From positions 416,001 to 480,000 of the forward strand of contig CAWBVY010000004.1 in the NCBI GenBank assembly GCA_963792415.1: DNA of 64,000 nt, written 5' to 3'. Position numbers and translations under genes: made by a program. Shown piece after piece: positions 8,479-19,237 of this stretch (positions are counted from its first letter, which is position 1; every line of letters starts with the position of its first letter). Origin of the DNA: Candidatus Deferrimicrobiaceae bacterium (lineage in GTDB: Bacteria > Desulfobacterota > Deferrimicrobia > Deferrimicrobiales > Deferrimicrobiaceae). Below the pieces are notes generated by a model. It had not been told where the DNA came from, made no database searches, and saw only the letters and a list, made by a program, of their open reading frames with translations.

Positions 8479-8991
8479 ATGAACGAACCCGGAGCGAGCG
8501 TGGCGGCCGAGGAGTCGATCCCCGATATCCCGACGCGGATCCGCACGGGCCTGGAGGCGGGGTTCTGGACGTCCGTAAAGATCATCAAGGTGTCGGTCCC
8601 GCTCTATGTGGCGGTCACGTTGCTGAAGGAGACCCCGTTTATCGAGATGATGGGGAAGGTCTTCGCGCCGGTGATGGGGATCTTCGGCCTTCCGGGCGAG
8701 GCGGCCTTCGCCTTCGTCGCCGCGTTCCTCCTGAATATATACGCCGCCATCGCGGTGATGGTGCCTCTGCACCTTACCCCCTTCCAGGTGACGCAGTGCG
8801 GCCTGATGATGGGAATCGCCCATAACCTCGTGGTGGAGGGAGGGGTGCTCTCCACAACGGGCGCGCGCGGCGGGGTCCTCACCCTTTGCAGGCTGGTCAT
8901 CGCCTGCGCGGCCGGCCTCCTGCTGCGCGGGCTCTGGGGCCTCTGGGAAACCGCCGCTTCCTGGGCGATGACGCTGCCGGGGCTTTCGTGA
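8479..8991 (+). CDS. nucleoside-recognition (Gate) domain membrane protein, first half
   Basis: GGAGG RBS. FAPVMGIFGLPGEAA...NIYAAIA...IAHNLVVE. Confidence 0.75.
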   Translation: MNEPGASVAAEESIPDIPTRIRTGLEAGFWTSVKIIKVSVPLYVAVTLLKETPFIEMMGKVFAPVMGIFGLPGEAAFAFVAAFLLNIYAAIAVMVPLHLTPFQVTQCGLMMGIAHNLVVEGGVLSTTGARGGVLTLCRLVIACAAGLLLRGLWGLWETAASWAMTLPGLS

Positions 8992-9422
8992 TGGAGGTTC
9001 TTCTTCAATCCCTCCTGGGGGCCCTGGAGCTTTCCGTCAAGCTCATCCTCATCATCGTGCCGCTGGTGACGCTCTTCGAGGTGCTGCGGCACCTCCCCGT
9101 CTTCCGCCGGGCGGGAAACGTCGTGGAGCCGATGATGCGGGGAGTGGGGCTCACGCGGGACGCGGCGGTTCCCCTGTTCACCGGGATCTTTCTCGGCATC
9201 GCCTACGGGGCGGGGATCATCATCCGCGTGGCGCAGCAGAAAGGGCTCCCCGCCCGGGAACTCTTCCTGATGGGGCTCTTCCTCGCCACCTGCCACTCGG
9301 TGATCGAGGACGTCCTCGTCTTCGTGGTCATCGGGGGGAACGGCCCGGCGATCCTCGGCGTGCGCCTGGGGCTGGCGGTCTTGCTGACCGGACTGATGGC
9401 CCGTGTCTGGAAGCCGGTTTGA
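8991..9422 (+). CDS. nucleoside-recognition (Gate) domain membrane protein, second half
   Basis: TGATG coupling. GIFLGIAYGAG...CHSVIED. Confidence 0.75.
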   Translation: MEVLLQSLLGALELSVKLILIIVPLVTLFEVLRHLPVFRRAGNVVEPMMRGVGLTRDAAVPLFTGIFLGIAYGAGIIIRVAQQKGLPARELFLMGLFLATCHSVIEDVLVFVVIGGNGPAILGVRLGLAVLLTGLMARVWKPV

Positions 9423-9490
9423 ACCGCACCACCCTCCGGGATCATCCATTGAAAAGGTTCGGAACAAGGGAAATCGCGGGGGAGAGAAGG

Positions 9491-12139
9491 ATGAAGACGC
9501 GGAATCGGACGCACTGGCTGCTGGGAGCGGCTCTGTTCGCAATGATCGCGGGGGGACCGACTCCCTCCGCCGGGGAGGAACCGTTGGTCGAAACCTACGT
9601 TCTAGGCAACGGGCTGACGGTCGTGATCCGGCCGAACCCGTCGTCTCCGGTCGTGGCGGTGCAGGCGTGGATCAAGGCGGGCAGCACCACGGAAACCGAA
9701 GCCCGCGCCGGGATGTCCCACATCCTCGAGCACATGGCGTTCAAGGGGACGAAGCGCCGGGGGCCCGGGGAGATCGCCCGGGAGGTCGAGGCGGTGGGGG
9801 GCGAGATCAACGCCTACACGAGCTTCGACCAGACGGTTTACCACATCACCCTCTCCGGGCGGTTCCTCGAGAACGCGCTCGACATCCTCGCCGACACGCT
9901 CGGGAACTCGGTCTTCGACCCCGGGGAGCTATCGCGGGAACGCGAGGTGATCCTCGAGGAGGTGCGGATGAACGAGGACGATCCTGGCCGGGTCGTCTCC
10001 AAGGCCCTCTTCCGGGAGGCGTACAAGGTCCACCCGTACGGGCGCCCCGTCATCGGCTTCGTCGACACGATCCGGAAGACCACGCGCGAGGATCTCCTCG
10101 CCTACTTCCACGCGAACTACGTCCCCGGGAACATGGTGCTCGTGATCGCCGGGGCGGTGGACCCGAAGACGTCCCGGCCGCTGATCGAGAAGACGTTCGG
10201 GCGGCTTCCCGCCGGTTCCGCGCCGGAAGTCCCGAGGCCGGTCGAGCCGCCGCAGGGGGAGACCCGGGCCGTCGTCAAGGAGAAGGACGCGCGGCGCGCC
10301 TATCTCGACATGGGATTCCACGGCCCCTCGATGAAGGACCCGGACGTCTACGCCTGGGACCTTCTATCGATGATCCTCGGCAGCGGGGAGACGTCGCGGC
10401 TCTACCGTGGCGTCAAGGACGGGAAAGGGCTGGTCGACTCGGTGAGCGCCTCCTCGTACACTCCCCGGGATCCGGGTCTCCTGTACATCGGCGGAACCTT
10501 GTCGCCCGAGAAGGCGCCGGCGGCGTTGAAGGAGATCCTCCTCGAGACGTTCCGCTTGACGGCCTCCCCCCCGGAGGGGGCGGAGCTGGCGCGCGCCAAG
10601 ACCGCCACGGAGACCGACTTCCTCTTCTCCCTCGAGTCGGCGTCCGCGCTGGCCCGCCACGTCGGATTCTACGAGACCACGCTGAACGACGCGGCGTTCG
10701 AGCGGACGTACCTGCGCAAGATCCGCGCGGTGACCGCCGACGACATCCAGGCGGTCGCGAGGAAGTACCTTGCCCCCGGGAACCTGACCGTTTCGGCCGT
10801 CCTGCCCGTGGGAAAGGGGGGGATTCTTCCGGTGGAGGAGGTCCGCGCCATCGCGCGACAGGCGTTCGCGGAGGCGACCGCTCCGGCCGCGGAGACCGGG
10901 AAGAAGCGGACCGTGGTGAAGGAGGTCCTCGCCAACGGGATCCGGGTGATCGTCCGGGAGAGCCGGGCCGTCCCGGTGGTGGCGGTGCAGGCGGGCTTCC
11001 TCGCGGGGGTGCGCGGAGAGCCGAAGGAAAAGGGCGGCGTCGCCAGCCTCACCGCGGGGATGCTCGTCAAGGGGACGACGCGGCACACGGCGCAGGAGAT
11101 CGCCGAGGCGGTGGAGGACATGGGGGCGGACCTCAACGGCTACTCGGGACGCAACTCGTTCGGCCTCCAGGGGAAGTTCCTCCAGCGCGACTTCGAGAAA
11201 GGGTTTCGCCTGTTCGCCGAATCGCTGCTCGAGCCGACCTTCCCGGCCGAGGAGCTCGAGAAGAAGCGGATCGAGACGCTGGGAGCCTTGAAGCAGCAGA
11301 AGGACCAGCTGGCGCAGGCGACCTTCCTCCTGTTCCTGGGGGCGCAGTACGGCGACCACCCGTACGGCAGGAATCCCCTCGGCACGGAGAACTCGGTCCG
11401 CGCGATGATCCCCGCGGACCTGAAAGCGTATTACGAGCGGTGGGCGGATCCGCGGAACATGGTGATCGCGGTCTCCGGGGACATCGACGCCGGGGAGGCG
11501 GTCGCGGCGGTACGCAAGGCGTTCGGGGAGATGCCGCTTCGGCCGGGGTACGCGGCGCTCGGTGCATTGCCGGTCCCCTTGCACGATGCGGTGGTGAAGG
11601 TGGAAGAGGAGCGCGACAAGCAGCAGGCGCACTTCGTCATCGGCTATCCGGGTGCGCGGTTCACCGACCCGGACCGGTACGCGCTCGACGTGCTGGGGTC
11701 GGCGCTCGCCGGGATGGGAGGCCGGCTCTTCGTGAACCTGCGGGACAGGAAGTCGCTGGCCTACTCGGTCACCTCGTTTTCCTCGGAGCAGGTGGACCCG
11801 GGCTTCTTCGCCTTCTACATGGGGACGAGCGCCGACAAGCTGGACGGCGCGATCGCCGACACCCTCGCCGAGATCGCCGACGTGAAGAAGGGAGGCGTTA
11901 CGCGGGAGGAGTTCGAGCGGGCGAAGAAGTGGATGATCGGAAAATACGAGATCGGCCTCCAGAGCAACGGCTCCTACGCCGACAAGATGGTCTACAACGA
12001 ATTGTACGGGGTAGGATACGAGGAGACGTTCGCGGCTCCGGAGAAGATCGCGGCGGTCGGCTTTTCGGACGTGAACCGCCTCGCCGCCTCCGTCCTCGAC
12101 CCCGACGTGTACACGATCGCCGTCCTCCGGGGGAAGTAG
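9491..12139 (+). CDS. exported M16 (pitrilysin-family) zinc protease, four-domain
   Basis: Signal peptide, HILEH (HxxEH), NAYTSFDQT, duplicated inactive second half. Confidence 0.93.
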   Translation: MKTRNRTHWLLGAALFAMIAGGPTPSAGEEPLVETYVLGNGLTVVIRPNPSSPVVAVQAWIKAGSTTETEARAGMSHILEHMAFKGTKRRGPGEIAREVEAVGGEINAYTSFDQTVYHITLSGRFLENALDILADTLGNSVFDPGELSREREVILEEVRMNEDDPGRVVSKALFREAYKVHPYGRPVIGFVDTIRKTTREDLLAYFHANYVPGNMVLVIAGAVDPKTSRPLIEKTFGRLPAGSAPEVPRPVEPPQGETRAVVKEKDARRAYLDMGFHGPSMKDPDVYAWDLLSMILGSGETSRLYRGVKDGKGLVDSVSASSYTPRDPGLLYIGGTLSPEKAPAALKEILLETFRLTASPPEGAELARAKTATETDFLFSLESASALARHVGFYETTLNDAAFERTYLRKIRAVTADDIQAVARKYLAPGNLTVSAVLPVGKGGILPVEEVRAIARQAFAEATAPAAETGKKRTVVKEVLANGIRVIVRESRAVPVVAVQAGFLAGVRGEPKEKGGVASLTAGMLVKGTTRHTAQEIAEAVEDMGADLNGYSGRNSFGLQGKFLQRDFEKGFRLFAESLLEPTFPAEELEKKRIETLGALKQQKDQLAQATFLLFLGAQYGDHPYGRNPLGTENSVRAMIPADLKAYYERWADPRNMVIAVSGDIDAGEAVAAVRKAFGEMPLRPGYAALGALPVPLHDAVVKVEEERDKQQAHFVIGYPGARFTDPDRYALDVLGSALAGMGGRLFVNLRDRKSLAYSVTSFSSEQVDPGFFAFYMGTSADKLDGAIADTLAEIADVKKGGVTREEFERAKKWMIGKYEIGLQSNGSYADKMVYNELYGVGYEETFAAPEKIAAVGFSDVNRLAASVLDPDVYTIAVLRGK

Positions 12140-12205
12140 CCGTAACTCCGGACCGCGGATCGCCCATGACTCCGTAACCCCCCGCCCGTTAGCGGGGAAC
12201 GACGG

Positions 12206-12239
12206 AAGGGGCTGCATCTTCGGATGCAGCCCCTTTTTT
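12206..12239 (+). terminator. rho-independent terminator
   Basis: AAGGGGCTGCATC-TTCG-GATGCAGCCCCTT followed by a T-run. Confidence 0.9.
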
Positions 12240-12453
12240 CATATCATGGTCGATATCCTTCGCTGTCCCGCGGGTGATAGCAATCGCTTGCTCCGGCCGG
12301 AAAAGATTTTCGGCGTTCAATCCATGGATGCTGATCGATGGATGGCGATCTTGACGCACTGCGGGTATCATGTTCCCTGAAGGTCCTGGCCGGGCACGCG
12401 TGGCGTGATCGACCCGCGGACAGGAAAGCCCGGTCCTCGTCCACAAACCACAG

Positions 12454-12510
12454 CGGCACGCAATGTGCTAATTCATCGTGGAAACCGTGGTTGTTGCATA
12501 TGGTGCGACA
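12454..12510 (+). promoter_or_regulatory. sigma54 -24/-12 promoter plus TGTTGCA-N5-TGCGACA palindrome
   Basis: CGGCACGCAATGTGCT (GG 12455-56, N10, GC 12467-68). Palindrome at 12492-12510. Confidence 0.6.
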
Positions 12511-12541
12511 AATCGTTGCGCGCTGCGCCAAGGAGACGAGG

Positions 12542-13948
12542 ATGCCCCGATCCCCCCGATGTTCTTCCGTTTCCGCCCTGTCCGGGGCGGCGCTGCTCCT
12601 CCTGGCACTCGGTTTTCCCCTCCCTCCCTCCGTTTCGGCGATGGAGTCGGTCGATTTCTCCGAGGCGGTCGCCCGGGCATTGTCGAACAACGCCTTTGTC
12701 CAGGCGGCGGAGGAAGAGGCGACCGCCGCGCGAAGCGACGCGGACGCGGCCCGCGGGCACCTTCTCCCTTCCGTGCGTTTCAATGAGAAATTCATCCGCA
12801 CGACCGTTCCCGCGGAGGCGTTCGCCCTCAAGATAAACCAGGAAAAACTTCTCTCGTCGGATTTCGCCGATGTGAGCAACTTCAACAGTCCTCCGCCGCG
12901 CAACGACTTCGTCGGCACGCTTTGGCTCGAGCAGCCGATCTTCTCCCCGAAGGCGTACCTGGGATACGGGATGGCGAAGGTGGAGGCGGACGCAAGGGGC
13001 CAGGACCTCTACCGGCGGAAGGAGGAGGCGGTCTACCGGGTCGTCGCCGCGGTCCTCGACGTCCTCACGGCACGGCAATACATCGAGGTTGCGGACCAGG
13101 GCCTCTCCGATACGCGGGAACACCTGCGGATCGCGGAGAATCTCGAGGCGGAGGGGATGGGGCTTGCCTCCGACGTGTTGCGTGCGAAGGTGGCGGTCGC
13201 CTCCGCGGAAGGGGCGAAGGTGACGGCCGGGAGCCGGCTGGAACTTGCGCGCCGCAGGCTCGCGCTAGCGATGGGCGAGCCGGGGGCGCCCCCCGTGGAC
13301 GTCATCGGACCGCCCCCGGAGTTTCCCGATCCCGGGACGCCCCTGGACACCGAGGCCGGCACAACCGCCCGGGCCGACCTGCTCGCCTCGTCGCTGCGGG
13401 TCGCGAACGCGGGGAGCAACGTGGAGCTCCGGAAGTCGGGGTACCTGCCCGAGGTCGGCCTCGCCGGGGGGTACCAGGTGGACTCCGAGGATTCTCCCTT
13501 CTCCCCCGACAACCGATCCTGGACGGTGGCCGTCGGGCTTACCTGGAACCTCTTCGACGGGATGCGGCGTGAGGCGGAGGTGGGAAAGGCCGCAGCAGAG
13601 CGCCGCCGGGCGCAGGCATACGACCGCGGCGTGCGGGATCAGGCGGCGTTCGAAGCCGCGCAGGCGGAGCTGGGCGTGAAGGAGGCGACGCTTCGCGCGG
13701 AGATCGCGCGCGCCGCTCTCGCGTCGGCGGAGGAGGGTGTGCGGCTGCTCACGTCCCGGTACGAGAACCGTCTTGGCCGGATGGTGGACCTCCTCGATGC
13801 GCAGACGGCCCTCGACGGCGCCCGCGCCGCGCGGATCCGCGCGGAGAACGACGTGCGGCTCTCCCGCGCGCAACGGTTGTACGCCTCCGGCGGGCTGCTC
13901 TCCCTGGTGGCGCCGAATGAGGAAAAAGGGAAGGAGAAGATACGGTGA
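12542..13948 (+). CDS. TolC-family outer-membrane efflux protein
   Basis: AAGGAG RBS, signal peptide, YLPEVGL, LTWNLFDG, DLLDAQ outer-membrane-factor repeats. Confidence 0.9.
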   Translation: MPRSPRCSSVSALSGAALLLLALGFPLPPSVSAMESVDFSEAVARALSNNAFVQAAEEEATAARSDADAARGHLLPSVRFNEKFIRTTVPAEAFALKINQEKLLSSDFADVSNFNSPPPRNDFVGTLWLEQPIFSPKAYLGYGMAKVEADARGQDLYRRKEEAVYRVVAAVLDVLTARQYIEVADQGLSDTREHLRIAENLEAEGMGLASDVLRAKVAVASAEGAKVTAGSRLELARRRLALAMGEPGAPPVDVIGPPPEFPDPGTPLDTEAGTTARADLLASSLRVANAGSNVELRKSGYLPEVGLAGGYQVDSEDSPFSPDNRSWTVAVGLTWNLFDGMRREAEVGKAAAERRRAQAYDRGVRDQAAFEAAQAELGVKEATLRAEIARAALASAEEGVRLLTSRYENRLGRMVDLLDAQTALDGARAARIRAENDVRLSRAQRLYASGGLLSLVAPNEEKGKEKIR

Positions 13949-15135
13949 ACGAGACGACGAGGGTGCTTTCGTTCGGGGCGCGTGCCGCGTCGGCGGTGGT
14001 GATCCTTTCGATGGCTGCGGGGCTTTCCGCCTGCGGGGAAAAGGGAAAGCCGGGGACGGCGGTTTCCCGCCCCGTGGTGCAGGACGTGGAGGTGGTCGTC
14101 GTCCGTCCGGTCCCGCGGGAAACGATGGCGGAAGCGCTGGGGACGGTCCGGGCGCGGACGACCGCCGCGGTGGCGCCGCAGGTGATGGGGCGTCTGACCG
14201 GCGTCGCGGTCTCGGAAGGTTCCGTGGTGGCGGCGGGGGCGCTCCTGGCGACGATCGACGACACGACGGTCCGCGCGCAATACTCCGCGGCGGAAGGGGC
14301 GGTAGCGGAAGCGGAGGCGGCACGCGAGGAGGTCGACGGGGCAATCTCCCAGGCGGAGGCCACGAAGAGCCTCGCGGAGAAGACGTTTGAACGGTACCGG
14401 AAACTGCTCGAAGGGAAGGTGGTCACGCAGCAGGAGTTCGACGAGGTCGAGATGCGTCGAACCGTGGCGGTGAAGGAACTCGAGCGGGCGCACCGGAAGA
14501 GGGTGCAGGTGAGCGCGAAGATCGCCCAGGCGAGGGGCCAGGCCGACGCGGCGAAGGCGATGCTTTCCTGGACCCGGGTGATCGCCCCCTTCGCCGGGGT
14601 GATCGTCGAGAAGCGGGCCGACGTCGGATCGATGGCCGTCCCCGGCGTTCCTCTCTTCGTCCTGGAGGATCCGCGCGGTTACCGCATCGAGGCGTCGGTA
14701 TCGGAGACCTACCTCCCGTTGCTCAAGAAGGGAACCGCGGTCCAGTGGATCCTTGACGCGGACCCCGGGAAACCGTTCCCGGCCGTCGTCACGGAGGTCG
14801 TTCCCGAGATCGACCCGGCGACCCGCACGTTCACCGTGAAGGTGGATCTTCCCGCGGGCCCGGCCCGGTCGGGCCAGTCCGGGAAGGTGCGCTTCGCAGC
14901 GGGGAAGGGGACGGTCCTTGCGGTCCCGAAACGGGCCATCACCCGCGCAGGCGGGTCCGACGGCGTGTTCACGGTCGGAGCCCTCGACAACGTGGCGCAC
15001 CTCTCGATGATCACCCTTGGCGCGGAGTTCGACGACAGGGTGGAAGTCCTCTCCGGCATCGAAGACGGGGCGCGGGTCGCCCTGTCGCCGATCGACAGGC
15101 TCTCCGACGGGGCGCGGGTGGAGGTCCGCCGGTGA
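13945..15135 (+). CDS. RND periplasmic adaptor (MFP), lipoprotein
   Basis: LSAC lipobox, lipoyl halves flanking a coiled coil, [23 protein letters not shown]. Confidence 0.92.
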   Translation: MNETTRVLSFGARAASAVVILSMAAGLSACGEKGKPGTAVSRPVVQDVEVVVVRPVPRETMAEALGTVRARTTAAVAPQVMGRLTGVAVSEGSVVAAGALLATIDDTTVRAQYSAAEGAVAEAEAAREEVDGAISQAEATKSLAEKTFERYRKLLEGKVVTQQEFDEVEMRRTVAVKELERAHRKRVQVSAKIAQARGQADAAKAMLSWTRVIAPFAGVIVEKRADVGSMAVPGVPLFVLEDPRGYRIEASVSETYLPLLKKGTAVQWILDADPGKPFPAVVTEVVPEIDPATRTFTVKVDLPAGPARSGQSGKVRFAAGKGTVLAVPKRAITRAGGSDGVFTVGALDNVAHLSMITLGAEFDDRVEVLSGIEDGARVALSPIDRLSDGARVEVRR

Positions 15136-18100
15136 GCGCCACGGACCCGCACGCCCATCGCGGCATCGCCGGGCGGATCGCGGCCGCCTTCATCGGGTCC
15201 CGCCTCACGCCCCTGATCATCATCGCCTCGATTCTGCTCGGGGTCGGCGCCGTGCTCCTTCTCCCAAGAGAGGAGGAGCCGCAGATCGTGGTGCCGATGG
15301 TCGACGTCTTCGTGCGGATGCCCGGGGCCTCGGCGACCGAGGTGGAGAACCGGGTCACCCGCCCGATGGAGAAGCTTCTTTGGGAGATCCCGGGGGTGGA
15401 GTACGTATACTCCACGACCTCGCCCGGGCAGTCGATGGCGATCGTCCGGTTCAAGGTGGGCGAGGACGAGGAGAAAAGCATCGTCCGGCTGAACCAGAAG
15501 ATGTCCGCCAACTTCGACATGATCCCGCCCGGCGCGACGCATCCCCTCGTCAAGCCGCGGTCCATCGACGACGTCCCGGTCCTTGCGGTGACGCTCTCCT
15601 CCGCCCGCCACGACCCGTTCTCCCTCCGGCGGATCGCGCAGCAGCTCCACGACCAGGTGAAATCGGTCCCCGACGTCTCGGAGGTGAGGATCATCGGCGG
15701 CCAGCGTCGCCAGGTGCGGGTGCTCCTCGACCCGGCCCGGATGGCGGCGCGCGGCATCGCCCCGGCCGCGCTCGTCGGGACGCTGGGGCAGGCAAACCGC
15801 CAGCTTTCCTCGGGAAGCATCGTCGCCGGGAACCGGGAGATCCTCGTCGAGACGGGCGGGTTCCTGCACACGGCCGAAGACGTGGGCCAGGTGGTGGCGG
15901 GCGTCTCGGGGGGGCGGCCCGTCTATCTTCGGGACGTTGCGCAGATCCTGGACGGACCGGAGGAGGCGGCCGACTACGTCCTCCTCGGGCCGGGGCCGGC
16001 GGCGCGCGCGACCGACCCCGCGTCGCACCCCGCGGTGACCCTTTCCGTCGCGAAGCGGAAGGGGACCAACGCGATCGAGGTGGCCGACAAGGTCCTCACG
16101 AAGATCGAGGCGCTGAAAGGGACCCTCGTCCCGGGCGACGTCACCCTGACCGTCACGCGGAACTACGGCGAGACGGCCGCGGAGAAGTCGAACGAGCTCC
16201 TCCTTCACATGCTGATCGCCGTCATCTCGGTGTCGATCCTCATCTGGATCACCCTCGGGTTCCGGGAGGCGGGGATCGTCGCGACGGCGATTCCCGTGAC
16301 CCTCGCCCTCACGCTCACCGTCTTCTATCTCACCGGGTACACGCTGAACCGGGTGACGCTCTTCGCGCTCATCTTCTCCATCGGGATCCTCGTCGACGAC
16401 GCGATCGTCGTTGTGGAAAACATCGTCCGCCACTATCGGCTTCCGGAGAACCGGGGCCGCTCCGTGACCGACATCGCTGTCGAGGCGGTGGACGAGGTCG
16501 GCAACCCCACGATCCTCGCCACCTTCGCCGTCATCGCCGCGATCCTTCCGATGGCGTTCGTCCGGGGCCTGATGGGCCCGTACATGCGGCCGATCCCGGT
16601 GGGCGCCACGGCGGCGATGCTCTTCTCGCTCCTCGTCGCCTTCGTCGTCACCCCCTGGACCGGGGTCCGGCTGCTCCGGAAGGACGTCGGGGACCAGGAT
16701 CATTCCGCCGAGGGGTGGACCACGCGCCTCTACCGGGAGGCGATGGGGCGGCTCCTTCACCGGCCCGTCTGGCGCTACGGGTTCCTTGCGATGGTCGTCG
16801 TCCTGCTGCTGGGGTCCGCGTCGCTCGTCGCGTTCCGGGTGGTGCAGGTGAAGATGCTCCCGTTCGACAACAAGAGCGAGTTCCAGGTGGTGGTCGACAT
16901 GCCGGAAGGGTCGACCCTCGAGCAGACCGCGGCCGCGACCCGGGAGATCGGCGACGTCGTCGCCGCCGTTCCGGAAGTCCTGAATTACCAGATGTACGTC
17001 GGAACCTCCTCTCCCTACAACTTCAACGGGCTGGTGCGCCACTACTTCCTCAGGCGGGGGGCGAACGTTGCCGACCTCCAGGTGAACCTTGTTTCAAAGG
17101 GGGAGCGGAAGGCCCAGAGCCACGACATCGCGAAGAGGGTCCGGCCGGCGATCCAGGCGGCCGCCGCGCGATACGGCGCGAACGTGAAGGTGTCGGAGGT
17201 CCCCCCGGGGCCGCCGGTCCTCCAGACGCTGGTGGCCGAGGTGTACGGGCCCGACTACCCGGGGCAGATCGAGGTGGCCCGCAGGATCAGGGAGATCCTG
17301 TCGAAGACCGAGGGGGTGGTCGACGTCGACTGGTACGTGGAGGACGATCAGCTCCGGTTCCGCTTCGAGGTCGATCAGGCCAAGGCGGCGATGAACGGCG
17401 TTTCCACGGAACAGGTCGCCGAAACCGTCCGTCTCGCCGTGGACGGGACGACCGCGGGGCTGCTCCACCGGGCCGGGGAGAAGGAAGACGTGCCGATCGT
17501 CCTGCGCCTCCCGCTGGCGGAACGCTCGAAGCTGGACCGGCTGAAAGCGGTCCGGGTGATGGGCCGCCAGGGGAACCTCGTCCCCCTCGGCGAGCTGGTG
17601 CGGGTGAAGGAGGAGATCGCCGAGAAGAGCATCTACCACAAGAACCTGATGCCCGTGGTCTATGTGACCGCCGACGTCGCCGGGAAGGTGGAGAGCCCCG
17701 TGTACGCAATCCTTTCGATCGACAAGGAACTCGACAAGCTGACGCTCCCCGGCGGGTACAAGCTCGAGCGGTACGTCGCGTCCCAGCCTGGGAGCGATCG
17801 GAAGATCGCGATGAAGTGGGACGGGGAGTGGCACATCACCTACGAGGTGTTCCGCGACCTCGGCCTCGCATTCGCCGCGGTGCTCGTGCTGATCTACATC
17901 CTGGTGGTCGGGTGGTTCCAGTCGTTCCGGACGCCGATCACGATCATGGCGGCGATCCCCTTCTCCCTCGTGGGAATCCTCCCGGCCCACGCGCTGATGG
18001 GGGCCTTCTTCACCGCCACCTCGATGATCGGTTTCATCGCGGGGGCCGGGATCGTGGTGCGCAACTCCATCATCCTCGTGGATTTCGTGGAGCTGCGCCT

Positions 18101-18344
18101 CGCGCAGGGGATGCCGCTGGACCAGGCCGTCATCGACGCGGGTGCGGTCCGGTTCCGCCCCATGATGCTGACCGCGATGGCGGTGATCGTCGGCGCCTCG
18201 GTGATCCTGTTCGACCCGATCTTCCAGGGATTGGCGATCTCCCTGATGGCGGGGGAGGTGGCGTCGCTCCTCCTGTCGCGGATGACGGTCCCGATCCTCT
18301 TCTTCATGAGCGAGAGCCGACGGCCCGGGAGAGGGAAGGCCTAG
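15132..18344 (+). CDS. RND efflux permease (AcrB/CusA superfamily)
   Basis: 1070 aa. [45 protein letters not shown]. Confidence 0.95.
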   Translation: MSATDPHAHRGIAGRIAAAFIGSRLTPLIIIASILLGVGAVLLLPREEEPQIVVPMVDVFVRMPGASATEVENRVTRPMEKLLWEIPGVEYVYSTTSPGQSMAIVRFKVGEDEEKSIVRLNQKMSANFDMIPPGATHPLVKPRSIDDVPVLAVTLSSARHDPFSLRRIAQQLHDQVKSVPDVSEVRIIGGQRRQVRVLLDPARMAARGIAPAALVGTLGQANRQLSSGSIVAGNREILVETGGFLHTAEDVGQVVAGVSGGRPVYLRDVAQILDGPEEAADYVLLGPGPAARATDPASHPAVTLSVAKRKGTNAIEVADKVLTKIEALKGTLVPGDVTLTVTRNYGETAAEKSNELLLHMLIAVISVSILIWITLGFREAGIVATAIPVTLALTLTVFYLTGYTLNRVTLFALIFSIGILVDDAIVVVENIVRHYRLPENRGRSVTDIAVEAVDEVGNPTILATFAVIAAILPMAFVRGLMGPYMRPIPVGATAAMLFSLLVAFVVTPWTGVRLLRKDVGDQDHSAEGWTTRLYREAMGRLLHRPVWRYGFLAMVVVLLLGSASLVAFRVVQVKMLPFDNKSEFQVVVDMPEGSTLEQTAAATREIGDVVAAVPEVLNYQMYVGTSSPYNFNGLVRHYFLRRGANVADLQVNLVSKGERKAQSHDIAKRVRPAIQAAAARYGANVKVSEVPPGPPVLQTLVAEVYGPDYPGQIEVARRIREILSKTEGVVDVDWYVEDDQLRFRFEVDQAKAAMNGVSTEQVAETVRLAVDGTTAGLLHRAGEKEDVPIVLRLPLAERSKLDRLKAVRVMGRQGNLVPLGELVRVKEEIAEKSIYHKNLMPVVYVTADVAGKVESPVYAILSIDKELDKLTLPGGYKLERYVASQPGSDRKIAMKWDGEWHITYEVFRDLGLAFAAVLVLIYILVVGWFQSFRTPITIMAAIPFSLVGILPAHALMGAFFTATSMIGFIAGAGIVVRNSIILVDFVELRLAQGMPLDQAVIDAGAVRFRPMMLTAMAVIVGASVILFDPIFQGLAISLMAGEVASLLLSRMTVPILFFMSESRRPGRGKA

Positions 18345-18469
18345 TGCCGAGGCGGCCGAGGAAGGCCACGGATTCGTATGCCTCGGCCGGAAGCACGGCC
18401 ACGTGGCGCGCTTCCCGGAAGGGTCGGCCGGATGGCGCCGGTCAGCGGGACGCTGCGGGTTTCAAGGCC

Positions 18470-19237
18470 TTATTTCGCGGCGGGAGCGGGCGATGGCGTC
18501 GGGGCCGGAGCGGGGGGGAGCTTCTTCAGTTGCTCGAGTTGGGTCGTGGCGGTTTTGAGCGACTTGGCCGCCTCCACGTTGGCCGGGTCGTAGGCGAGGA
18601 TCGTCTTCCAATCGGCGATCGCCGCCGAAACCTCCCCCCGGCGGTACTCCGTCAACGCCTTCTCCGTCAGCGCCGTGGTGAGGTTGTCGACCTTCGCCCG
18701 CACCTCGCTCCGCGTGAAGGGGTAGCCCCGCGGGTTCGCCGCGGGGTGGCCGATGAACCGCAGCGTCCCCATCCATCGCTTCCCCGCGTCTTCCCATTTC
18801 CCCTGCGCGTACGCAGCGTCCCCGTTCTTCTTGAGGGCGAGCACCGCGCCGTCGAACTCCCGGGCGACTCCCGCGTGGCCCGGCTGCTCCTGCCAGGCGG
18901 CGGAGAAGAGCTCGAGAGCCCGCTCGTTCCTGCCTTCCTGGAGTACCGTCATCCCCTCGGCGAACATCTTGTCGGCCACGGAGATCGCGGGCGCCTTCAC
19001 CGCGGGCACGGGGGGCGGTGTCGCGGGCGGCTTCACCGCGGGCGCGGGGGGCGGTACCGCTGGCGGCGCCGCTGGCGGCACCGCTGGCGGCATCGCGGCG
19101 GGCCCGGTGGGCGCGCCGGAGGGCGGCACCGGGGACGGAGCCGTGCGGATGGTTTGTGAAAGTTCCGCGCACCCGGAGAAAGCGGTTGCGAGGAGGGCCG
19201 ACAGGAGAAGGATCGACGGAAGGGTCCTTCGTCTCAA
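18470..19237 (-). CDS. TPR-like lipoprotein with a Pro/Ala-rich linker
   Basis: TTG start overlapping the upstream TGA, FSGC lipobox, PPA repeats, TPR-like helices (AIADWKTILAYDPAN). The start codon is inferred. Confidence 0.7.
   Translation of the reverse strand: MRRRTLPSILLLSALLATAFSGCAELSQTIRTAPSPVPPSGAPTGPAAMPPAVPPAAPPAVPPPAPAVKPPATPPPVPAVKAPAISVADKMFAEGMTVLQEGRNERALELFSAAWQEQPGHAGVAREFDGAVLALKKNGDAAYAQGKWEDAGKRWMGTLRFIGHPAANPRGYPFTRSEVRAKVDNLTTALTEKALTEYRRGEVSAAIADWKTILAYDPANVEAAKSLKTATTQLEQLKKLPPAPAPTPSPAPAAK

Noticed and set aside
7729-8991. 420-aa ORF suggesting a longer membrane protein
   Set aside because: The N-terminal part is a shadow of the aminopeptidase; RBS and ATG at 8479 define the real gene.
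12263-12423. 6S RNA or integron attC assignment for the long hairpin
   Set aside because: No symmetric central bubble or usual 6S gene context, and no RYYYAAC/GTTRRRY ends or integrase; kept only as an unassigned structure.
15017-19159. 1380-aa ORF overlapping the RND permease
   Set aside because: Arg/Gly/Pro-rich off-frame shadow typical of high-GC DNA; the real gene is in another frame.
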